From positions 800,001-864,000 of the forward strand of contig CBDETY010000003.1 of assembly GCA_965243025.1 (NCBI GenBank): a DNA stretch of 64,000 nt. Direction: 5' to 3'. The DNA is from Candidatus Latescibacterota bacterium. GTDB lineage: Bacteria; Latescibacterota; UBA2968; UBA8231. Positions within the stretch are counted from its first letter, which is position 1. Each line of letters starts with the position of its first letter. Under the pieces are notes generated by a model. It saw nothing but the letters and a program-made list of their open reading frames with translations. It was not told where the DNA came from and ran no database searches. The position numbers and the translations under genes are program-made. Shown here piece by piece: positions 18,749 to 28,300 of this stretch.

Positions 18749-21631
18749 ATGATTCGTCGACTTCAAGCGAGAAACCGAATGAGTTCACGCCATTTTTCGA
18801 ATGATCGAGGTGCGAAACCGAGAACAGGCACCCTCCGGTTGCCCGCAGCCAGCCTGGCCTTGGCGGCTTTCCTGATGCTGAAGGGCGTCCATGGCCCGTC
18901 CGAGGTCTTCGCCGACCACGAGATTGCTACCATGACGGCGATGAACGTGATCTCCGTACCTCCGGATTCCGCCTTCTTCAGCGTTTTCTTTTCGAATGAC
19001 TCCAATGGGGAGACCTACGGGCTGGGAGAGATCATTGAAATCGAGGCCACCTTCAACAGGAGCATGCTGGTAACCGGCAGCGGCGAGGTCAAGATGGACC
19101 TCACCGTCGGCGACTCGACGCGGACCGCCACGTACCATCGCGGATCCGGCACGAGAAAGCTGGTCTTCCGTTACGAAGTGATCGCGACGGACGCGGACAC
19201 CGACGGGATCAGCGCACCCGCGACAGCCTGGAGCGGCAGCGGCACGGTGAAGACCTCCGTTTCCAACTTTGCGGCGGTGTTCACGCCCATAGGGCTCGAC
19301 ACCCAGCCGGGTCACAAGGTGAACGGCAGCCTGGGGCCCTGGGTCACCAACGTGGAAATCACCTCCACCCCTGCCTCCGGCACCGCCTACCGGCATGGAG
19401 AAGAGGTCGAGATCGACGTGACGTACACCGCTCCCGTGCGGGTCGACAGCGTCGACCAACCCTGGTTGCCCTATTTCTGGAACAGGGCGTCGGATGGCAC
19501 GGAACAGCAGAATCTCGCCTGGTACCGGAGCGGAAGCGGTACCAACACGCTGCGCCTCTCCTTTACGGTGAGATCCGAATTCAAGGACACCGACGGGGTC
19601 CGGATCGCGAGTGCTGCCCCTGACAGCCCAGGCCAGAGAAGGGAAAGAATCGTCTGGGCGTTGAACCACGACGGCGTGAGGGCGCCCTGGAGAATGTCAG
19701 GGCTCGATGCGGATGCCAACCACCAGATGAACGGGGAGCCGTACATCAAGGGGGTTGCCATCACCTCGAGCCCGGCCTACGGCACCACCTACCGGCGCAC
19801 GGAGGTGATCCGGATCGCGTTCACCTTCGACCAGAACGTCCGGGTAGAGGGCACCGTAACCAAGAACTTGAAGTTCACCCATGGCGACGGCGAGTTCACC
19901 AGCCCCCATGCCCAATACGCCTCCGGTAACCGCACCAAGGCCCTGGTCTTCAAACACACCGTCGTGGAAGGGGATGAAGACACGGACGGTCTCACCGTCC
20001 TGGCGGGCGATGACGGCGGGTGGGGGGGGAGCGGCAAGATCTGGTCCTCGCGCCCAGATGGTTCTTTGGAGACTTCAGCGCAAGCCGATCTGAGCCACGG
20101 CGAAATCGCGAACGCCGACAGCCACAAGGTGAACGGAGCGCTGACCCTGCCCGCTCCCGGCATCTCGTCGGTCGAGCTGGTAACGGATCCGGGGGACGAC
20201 TCCACATATGTCGCCGGCGACTGGATTGGCGCCAAGGTGACCTTCGACGAAAGCGTGTCGGTCACGGGCACTCCGCAGCTCGGGTTGGCAATCGGGACAA
20301 CGGAGAAGACCGCCCGGTTCGGGCAGGGCTCGTTCGAGGGAAGTGTGAGCCCCGGCGACAGGACCGCCGGCCCGGAGGTGGTCTTCGGCTACCAGGTGCA
20401 GGAAGGCGACCTCGACAGCGACGGCATCGCCATCGGGGAGGACAAGCTCACCCTCAACGGCGGCGCCATCAAGCAGGCCGTGACGGACGTGGCCGCGGAC
20501 CTGAACCACGATCCCGTGACCTCCGATGCCGGCCACAAGGTGGATGCCGTGGCCCCTGTCGTCTCATCCATCGCCGTCAGCTCCCGCGCGGGCGGCGATT
20601 CCCTCTACGCCATCGGCGACAGCATCGAGGTGACGATGACCTTCAGCGAGGAGGTGACCGTTTCCGGCGCCCCGCAACTGGAGCTGGACCTCGGCGGAGA
20701 GGCGAAAGCGGCCGCCTACGATTTCACCGGAGACTCGACCGCGGTCTTTGCCTACGTCGTTCAGGAGGGGGACGCCGACACGGACGGCATCGCCATCGAC
20801 GCCGACACCCTCAGTCTTGGGAACGACAGCGCCATCACGGACCGCGCCGGCAACTCAGCGGAGCTGGCCTACGGGGCCGTAACCGCCGACCGCGCCCACA
20901 GAGTCGACGGGGTGTCTCCGACTCTCAGCTCCGCGGAGGTCTACCACACCGGCAGGAAGGTCAACCTGTTTTTCAGCGAGCACGTCACCGTTCCCCGGAT
21001 TCTCTACACGATCAGGAGCATCGTCAACGTGAATCTCGGTCAGTTCTTCATAGCGGTCCTGACGCTCGAGGTGGACGGCCATCAGGTGAGGCCCAGTTCC
21101 GCCTCTATTCACGGTCTCTCGTTGCAGCTGCAGCTCTACCCCTCGGATCGGGTGACCGAGAGCCAGCGGGTCAAAGTATCCTACGACAACATCTTCGCCA
21201 GCGATGCGGTGGGGCTCTTCATCGACAGGGTCGGCAACCCGTTGGCCAACTTCGGCGCCACCAGTGCACAGAATCTTTCCAACCGGGCGGACGCGGAGGA
21301 ATCGGACGTCGGAGAACTGGTGTTGAGCAGGAACGAATTCAGGGTCACCGAAGGGGAGACAAAAGGGTATACGGTGGCCCTGGAGTCCCAGCCTTCCGAC
21401 AGCGTGACCGTTGCCATCAGCAGCTCCTCGAGCAAGCTGTCGGCCAATCGCGACAGCCTCACCTTCACCACGGATAACTGGAATACGCCGCAGAGGGTGA
21501 GGCTCACCGCCAATCACGACGACGACGACCTGAACTACTGGGTGGCCGTGACCAACAGGGGCAGCGGGGGCGGTTACGAGGGTGCCAGGAAGTGGGTGTT
21601 TGTGGTCATCGACGACGACGATGTGGAATAA
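18749..21631 (+). CDS. Large secreted adhesin-like protein, paralog of 14783..17935
   Basis: Same Ig-like repeats and same C-terminal block (YDNIFAxDAVGLFID...LNYWV...VIDDDDVE); the start may be 18779. Confidence 0.75.
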   Translation: MIRRLQARNRMSSRHFSNDRGAKPRTGTLRLPAASLALAAFLMLKGVHGPSEVFADHEIATMTAMNVISVPPDSAFFSVFFSNDSNGETYGLGEIIEIEATFNRSMLVTGSGEVKMDLTVGDSTRTATYHRGSGTRKLVFRYEVIATDADTDGISAPATAWSGSGTVKTSVSNFAAVFTPIGLDTQPGHKVNGSLGPWVTNVEITSTPASGTAYRHGEEVEIDVTYTAPVRVDSVDQPWLPYFWNRASDGTEQQNLAWYRSGSGTNTLRLSFTVRSEFKDTDGVRIASAAPDSPGQRRERIVWALNHDGVRAPWRMSGLDADANHQMNGEPYIKGVAITSSPAYGTTYRRTEVIRIAFTFDQNVRVEGTVTKNLKFTHGDGEFTSPHAQYASGNRTKALVFKHTVVEGDEDTDGLTVLAGDDGGWGGSGKIWSSRPDGSLETSAQADLSHGEIANADSHKVNGALTLPAPGISSVELVTDPGDDSTYVAGDWIGAKVTFDESVSVTGTPQLGLAIGTTEKTARFGQGSFEGSVSPGDRTAGPEVVFGYQVQEGDLDSDGIAIGEDKLTLNGGAIKQAVTDVAADLNHDPVTSDAGHKVDAVAPVVSSIAVSSRAGGDSLYAIGDSIEVTMTFSEEVTVSGAPQLELDLGGEAKAAAYDFTGDSTAVFAYVVQEGDADTDGIAIDADTLSLGNDSAITDRAGNSAELAYGAVTADRAHRVDGVSPTLSSAEVYHTGRKVNLFFSEHVTVPRILYTIRSIVNVNLGQFFIAVLTLEVDGHQVRPSSASIHGLSLQLQLYPSDRVTESQRVKVSYDNIFASDAVGLFIDRVGNPLANFGATSAQNLSNRADAEESDVGELVLSRNEFRVTEGETKGYTVALESQPSDSVTVAISSSSSKLSANRDSLTFTTDNWNTPQRVRLTANHDDDDLNYWVAVTNRGSGGGYEGARKWVFVVIDDDDVE

Positions 21632-21640
21632 GGGAGAGGC

Positions 21641-22906
21641 ATGACAAATCGAGGCTGCAAGATGAAACTGTCGGTACTCGCTCTTGCCCTGATGGTTCCA
21701 CTTTCGCTGCGGGCCGACCCGGACGCTCCCCGGCCTCTCGATTCCTGGGAGCTGGCGGACAACAGCCTCAAGTTCCGCGTCGAAACCATCATGGCCCAGC
21801 CGGAAGAAGGGGATGAACCCATACCCGCGATGCCCTCCGTCACCCTGGAACTGTACCAGGGCAACTTCTACAAGCTCTCGATCCTCACCGAGGCAGCGGA
21901 GGGGTATACCTTTCCCCATCCCGGCCCCCCTGTCCACAGTCCTCCCCCTTCAACGAGGGCTACGGCGGGGTTCGGGTATTACAGCACGCAGTCCGATACC
22001 CTGCGGTTCAATGCCCACTATCTGAAGCTGTTCGCAAACGGGAAGGACCTGGAGGAGCTCATCGAGCAGTCTGGCGATGCCGGGGCCCTCGAGGAATACA
22101 AGCTCGTCATTTCCCTGGTCAACGGTCTCTACCTGGATCTGTTCAACCACCTGTACGCGTACGAGTCGGGCGACCGGCTGGTGTTCCTGCTTCCGGCGGG
22201 CAGCCCCTTCACCGCCGGAATGGGGGATCCCGCAAGTGGGGTCGTCTGGGAGCTGGAGAGATCCGGACCACCGCCGTCGACGTCGATGACGGCGGTGGAG
22301 GCCACGGTGCCGGGCGGCGAGACCGCAGGCATGACCGTGGAGTTCGCGCGCGCCGTTTCCGGGCGGGCCGTCCACTACGCCTGGGGCGGGATCACCGACG
22401 AAACCGGCCGGGTGGAGTTGGACCTGTCCACTCTGGACCGGTCCGGAGCCACCGGTTTCTACCGTGCCCGGGCCAGCAACCAGGCGGGCGAAGTGGTGGG
22501 CAAGTGGCACAGCATTCCCCTCAACGAAAACCGCCGCCAGGTCCTGGAGCTGACCCCGGGAGGAGAGGCCCGGGTGGTGTCCAGCGAACGGCTGGACGCG
22601 GCCAAGGCGGTGGCCGGGGGAGAGCCGGTTGCCATCGGCCTGGCGCCCAACTTTCCCAACCCCTTCAACAGCAGCACCCGGATCGTCTACCGGCTGGCAA
22701 GCCCGGGGCCGGTGCGGCTGGAGGTCTACAACACCCTCGGCCAGCCGCTGCGGACGCTTGTTGACGAGGTCCAGCCCGCCGGGCGGTACCAGGTCCACTG
22801 GGACGCCCGCGACCAGCGCGGCGCCGCGGTGGCCGCCGGGGTCTACCTGACGCGCCTGGTCTATCCGGGAGGAGTGGAGACGCGGCGCGTGCTGTATCTC
22901 AAGTAG
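21641..22906 (+). CDS. Secreted protein with C-terminal FlgD-Ig/T9SS-like sorting domain
   Basis: GGAGAGG RBS; signal peptide; PNFPNPFNSST...WDARDQRGAAVAAGVYLTRL at the C-terminus. Confidence 0.75.
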   Translation: MTNRGCKMKLSVLALALMVPLSLRADPDAPRPLDSWELADNSLKFRVETIMAQPEEGDEPIPAMPSVTLELYQGNFYKLSILTEAAEGYTFPHPGPPVHSPPPSTRATAGFGYYSTQSDTLRFNAHYLKLFANGKDLEELIEQSGDAGALEEYKLVISLVNGLYLDLFNHLYAYESGDRLVFLLPAGSPFTAGMGDPASGVVWELERSGPPPSTSMTAVEATVPGGETAGMTVEFARAVSGRAVHYAWGGITDETGRVELDLSTLDRSGATGFYRARASNQAGEVVGKWHSIPLNENRRQVLELTPGGEARVVSSERLDAAKAVAGGEPVAIGLAPNFPNPFNSSTRIVYRLASPGPVRLEVYNTLGQPLRTLVDEVQPAGRYQVHWDARDQRGAAVAAGVYLTRLVYPGGVETRRVLYLK

Positions 22907-22980
22907 CTCTCCTGAACAGGTCCCTGTGCATACATGAAACCAGGAATCGCGTTACCCCATCCCAAAAGGGAGGAATCCCG

Positions 22981-23736
22981 ATGAAACGCATCGTGCCCTT
23001 TTCAATTGCGGTATTCCTGGGTCTGGCATCTGCCCTTCGGGCCGACCTGGTACCGTTCGAAGGACAGGTGCTGGATCTCAGGTCCGCCCCGGTCCATCGC
23101 GCCGAGGTGGTGCTTTACAAGCTGGACAACCCGGGCTCGAGGGTGAGCACGACAACGGACGAAAACGGTTCGTTCTCGCTGTCCCTGAACGACCTGGTCC
23201 TGCCGCGGTCGAACGCGCTGGGGCAGAACTATCCGAACCCGTTCAACCCCTCCACGCTGATTCCCTTCGAGATCGCCGAAGGCGGGCACGTCCGCCTCGA
23301 CGTGTTCAACATCCTGGGCCAGCGCGTGGTCACGCTGATAGACGAACCGCGCCGGGCTGGTCTTTACAAGGCGCAGTGGGACGCCACCGATGCCGCGGGC
23401 CACCCGGTGGGTACCGGGGTCTACCTCTACCGGCTCACCACCGGGCAATGGCAGGAGGCGCGCAGGCTGGTGCTGATCGACGGTCCTGCGGGAGCTCCGG
23501 GCAGCGGCGGCGGGAACATCGAGGGAGGGGGGACAACCAGGTACGGCGTGGAGATCTCCGGTGAGGAGATCATCCCGGCGACCTTCACCTGGAGCCCGGA
23601 CATGGGCTCCCTGGTGGCCGAGGTGACCAGCGTGAACAACGTCATTCCCCTCGATTTCGAGGATTCCGGGATGGCCTCCAATCCCTTCTACGGGACCAGC
23701 CTCCCCTCGGTCATCCAGGTCGTTTCAGCGTTCTGA
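22981..23736 (+). CDS. Near-identical duplicate of 17987..18739
   Basis: Protein and DNA nearly identical over the full length, with a similar upstream RBS context. Confidence 0.85.
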   Translation: MKRIVPFSIAVFLGLASALRADLVPFEGQVLDLRSAPVHRAEVVLYKLDNPGSRVSTTTDENGSFSLSLNDLVLPRSNALGQNYPNPFNPSTLIPFEIAEGGHVRLDVFNILGQRVVTLIDEPRRAGLYKAQWDATDAAGHPVGTGVYLYRLTTGQWQEARRLVLIDGPAGAPGSGGGNIEGGGTTRYGVEISGEEIIPATFTWSPDMGSLVAEVTSVNNVIPLDFEDSGMASNPFYGTSLPSVIQVVSAF

Positions 23737-23756
23737 CCCGGGACCATCCCCACCGG

Positions 23757-24092
23757 GGCCGGTCGCGGCGCTGGTGTTGGTAACCGACCCGGGAAGCGAA
23801 ACCCCTGTCGATCCGGGTCTCGTAGGGTCGGCCCTCGGCCTGTCGCAGGTGGAGAGCCGGGTGGCGGCGCTACTGGCCGAAGGAAAGACCGTCAGCGAGA
23901 TCGCTTCGGCGACAGGGAGCAAGGTAAGCACCATCCGTGCGCATGTGCAGCACATCTTCGCCAAGCACGGAATCAACCGCCAGGTAGACCTTGTGCGGCT
24001 GGTATTTTCGTCGGTGGCGCTCCTCGCGCCCGGCGTTATTCCCCTCGGATTCCCCCCAAAAAACCCGCCAGTCTCATCAGTTTTGATGATTC
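23757..24092 (+). pseudogene. Duplicated 3' fragment of luxR plus downstream palindrome (direct repeat of 14060..14443)
   Basis: LVTDPGSETPVDPGLVGSALGLSQVESRVAALLAEGK... is nearly identical at DNA level to 14060-14313; no 5' part. Confidence 0.85.
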
Positions 24093-24402
24093 GGGGCATC
24101 GCTTTTTCCTCCATATTTCCGGACCGGAACTGGTGGGTTTGTTCACCGATGCTGTAATCGACGAATTCTCCCGAGGAGGTATCCGACTGGCATTATGCGG
24201 TGCTGGCCTACCAGAAAGACCTGAAAGCCAAGCTGGACGCTGGTCCCCAGGAAGGTCAGTCCGAGGACGAATTTCTTATCGGGCTGCTGTTTTCCCTTGC
24301 ACTGGAACATCAACCCGACCTGAGTCAAGCCGTTTCCGATATGGATCAGGGAGTCCTGGCTCGCATGCTGCAGGCAGGGTGCATCGATGAGGATATCCTT
24401 AA

Positions 24403-25182
24403 GGAGGGCACATCGACCTGCTTCGCCTCCAGCTGAACCTCGACGAAGCCCTCTCGCTCTACCTGGCGGCCCGCATGCTGTCGGCCTACAGCGACAAGCA
24501 CAATCCGCACGTGGTCGCGTCCCTGCTCAAGCTCGCCGCAACCCTGCCCGACGCCATCGGAGAGCACGTCGAGCAGGCCGCCGTGGCTGTTTCCCAAAGG
24601 CGGCTTGCCCCGGACTACCTGAAAGTTCTGGAAGGCCTTACCCGGGCCTGGGCGGGCAGAAGGCAGGTGCAGCTTGTTTATCGCGATCCCATCACCGGGG
24701 AGCGCTCCGAGCGCCTGTTCGATCCCTTCTTCATCGAGCCCTCCTTCGTGGGCTATTCCTGTTATGTGTTCGGGTTCGATCACTTCCGCCAGGCGATCCG
24801 CTCATTCAAGGTCGAGCGGCTGGAAGATGTAGAGGTGCTCGATACCCGCTTCGAGCCTCTGCCGGACTTCGACCCCTACGACTACCTCAAGCACTCCTGG
24901 GGAATCAGGGGCGGCGACGAGGTAGTGGAAGTGAAGCTGCGCTTTTCCAGAAACGCGGTCTACCGGGTGAATGAATCGGACTGGCCCGGGGTTGTTGCCC
25001 ACGAGGAAGACCGGGAGGGGCGCTGTACGCTGACTTTCCTGGTCAATCACGTTCTGGAAATCAAGTCCTGGATCAGGGCATGGGGACCGGAGTGCGAGGT
25101 GCTGTCCCCGGAGGAACTGCGCCGGGAGATCGGGGAGGAGATGAAGGCGGCGAGGGAGTTGTATGCCGACAACGGGAAATAG
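24403..25182 (+). pseudogene. WYL-domain transcriptional regulator, N-terminally truncated (wHTH missing)
   Basis: LNLDEALSLYLAARML, SCYVFG...IRSFKVERLE, FDPYDYLKHSWGI and WCX motif WIRAWGPECEVLSPEELR; the frame is closed by a TAA just upstream. Confidence 0.75.
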
Positions 25183-25364
25183 CGGGAATCCCGTTTTCTG
25201 TTGGCGTGCCCGCTGCCTGGGAAATCGATCGGCGATGCGCGATGGATCCGTGACTATCGAATAACGAGCTCCTGCCTTTCGAAACCGCAAGGCAGGGCTG
25301 AAAACTCTTCTGCCAAGAACGCAGCAGATATCCCGAAAGGGCACATGCACGGGGAATTGACCTC

Positions 25365-28300
25365 ATGAAGGTTGCGATCGGCTGTCTCGTATGGTTGTTG
25401 TCGAGCCTGCAGACGGAGGCCGAGCCCTTCGTCGAGGGCCGGGTGAGGCTGGCTTCGGGAGACCCCGCCGCCGGGGCTCAGGTGCTGCTGTTCGATCTGA
25501 CCGACCTGCGCCTGGCGCCGGCGGCGGCGACGACGGACGAGGCGGGATACTTCGCCCTGCCATTCGGGGGATTGCGGGGACGGGTGCCGGTCCGGCCGGA
25601 GCGGTTCGAGCTGGGCCACAACTACCCCAATCCGTTCAATCCCTCCACCGTCATCCCCTACCAGCTGCCGGCCCCGACCCGGGTGCGGCTGGAGATCTTC
25701 AACATCCTCGGACAGCGGGTGACGACCCTGGCCGACGGGGAACGTCCGTCCGGTTTTCACACCGCCCGCTGGAACGCCACCGATGCGTCGGGGCGGGCGG
25801 TGGCCGCCGGAGTCTACTTCTACCGGCTGAAAGGGGACGGGGTGCACCTGACCCGGCGCATGGTGTTGATCGACGGGCAGGCCGGGATTCCTTCGGCCGG
25901 GGCGGGCGGTCCATCCACCGCAGCCCGGGAGGAGGTGGAAACGCCTCCGGTGGCCGGGTTGACGGTCTCGGGAGAGGGGCTGGTCCCCTACCTCGACCCC
26001 GCCTTCCGGGTAGAGCCTGGAATGGCGCCCGTGGACATTGTCGTCGAAGCCCTGGGCGGGGTCCGGCATGGGAAGGCGGCCTCCAGCGGAATCCTGGGGG
26101 ACGTCGACAACAACAGCCGGGTCGACATTTTCGACGCCCTGCTGGTTGCCGTGTACAGCGCCAATCCCAGCCTCGTCATGCCGAACAACGGGGATATAAC
26201 CCTCGGCGACGTCAACCGGGACGGCCGCACGGATCTCACCGACGCCTACCACATCGCCGCCTACACAGTCGATCCCTCAGACCCGACGCTGCCTCCAGGA
26301 ATAGGGGAGGCCCTGACCCAGGGGACCGGGACCGCATCGCTGTCCCCCCTTCCCTCCACCGTCTCCTTCGAGGACGACGGAGTATGGCACCGGTTTACGG
26401 TCCGGGCAGGCGAGCCGATCGTGGTGGTTGCCAACCCCACCGGAACCACCCCGCGCGTGGAGATCAACGCCACCAGCGGCTCCAATTACTGTCCGGCGGA
26501 AGCCGAGGACGACCGGGCGCGCCAGGACGGTCAGGAAGTCTACCTCGCCGGCTGCTCCTCCGGTACGGGTACAGTTGAACTGCGGCGGGCGTCCGACCAG
26601 ACCGTCCTGCAGACCTATACCTTCACGATACGGGAACAGGGAACAGGTGGAGGCGGCGGCGGCACCGGCCCCGACCTGGTCGTCGAGGCCCCTACGGTCA
26701 GCAACGGCAGCCCGACCGCCGGCGCCTCCTTCACCCTGAGGGCCAGAGTCCGCAACCAGGGCGCCGCCCGGTCCAGCTCGACCACCCTGCGCTACTACCG
26801 GTCCACCGACGCGACGGTCTCGGCCAGCGACACCGAAGTCGGAACCGACCTGGTCAGCAGCCTGTCCGCCTCCCGCACCAGCTTCGAGTCGATCAGCCTG
26901 CGCGCTCCATCCAGCGCCGGAACCTACTACTACGGGGCCTGCGTCGAGAGCGTCAGCGGAGAAACCAATACGGGAAACAACTGCTCCGCTTCCGTAACCG
27001 TTACCGTGGGAGCGGCCCCTGCCCCGGATCTCGTCGTCGATGCCCCTACGGTCAGCAACAGCAGCCCGGCCGGCGGCGGTTCCTTCACCCTGAGGACCAC
27101 CGTCCGCAACCAGGGAACCGGGAGGTCAAGCTCGACCACTCTGCGCTACTACCGTTCTACCGACGCGACCGTCTCCACCAGTGACACCGAAGTCGGGACC
27201 GACCGGGTCAGCAGCCTGTCGGCTTCCCGGACCAGTTCCGAGTGGATCAGCCTGCGCGCCCCCTCCAGCGCCGGGACGTACTACTACGGGGCCTGCGTCG
27301 AGAGCGTCACTGGAGAAACCAATACCGGAAACAACTGCTCCGCTTCCGTTACCCTGACCGTAGGGGCGGCTCCGGCCCCCGACCTGGTCGTCGAGGCCCC
27401 TACGGTCAGCAACAGCAGCCCGGCCGCCGGCGGCTCCTTCACCCTGAGGACCACCGTCCGCAACCAGGGAACCGGGAGGTCAAGCTCGACCACTCTGCGC
27501 TACTACCGTTCTACCGACGCGACCGTCTCCACCAGTGACACCGAAGTCGGGACCGACCGGGTCAGCAGCCTGTCGGCTTCCCGGACCAGTTCCGAGTTCA
27601 TCAGCCTGCGCGCCCCCTCCAGCGCCGGGACGTACTACTACGGGGCCTGCGTCGAGAGCGTCACTGGAGAAACCAATACCGGAAACAACTGCTCCGCTGC
27701 CGTGACCCTGACCGTGGGTGCCGCACCCGCCCCGGATCTCGTCGTCGATGCCCCTACGGTCAGCAACAGCAGCCCGGCGGCCGGCGCTTCCTTCACCCTG
27801 AGGACCACCGTCCGAAACCAGGGATCCGGGCGATCAAGCTCGACCACCCTGCGCTACTACCGGTCCACCGACGCCACCGTTTCCACCAGCGATACCGAAG
27901 TCGGCACCGACGTCGTGAGCAGCCTGTCCGCCTCCCGCACCAGCTCCGAGTTCATCAGCCTGCGCGCCCCCTCCAGCGCCGGCACCTACTACTACGGGGC
28001 CTGCGTCGAGAGCGTCACCGGAGAAACCAATACCGGGAACAACTGTTCTGCTGCCGTGACCGTTACCGTGGACGCGGCACCGGCCCCTGACCTGGTCGTC
28101 GACACCCCTACGGTCAGCAACAGCAGCCCGACCGGCGGAGCCTCCTTCACCCTGAGGGCTACGGTCCGCAACCAGGGTGCCGCCCGGTCGGGCTCGACCA
28201 CCCTGTACTACTTCCGATCCACCCACGCGAGGGTCTCCACCGGCGACACCGTCGGCACCGACCCGGTCAGCAGCCTGTCGGCTTCCCGGACCAGTTCCGA

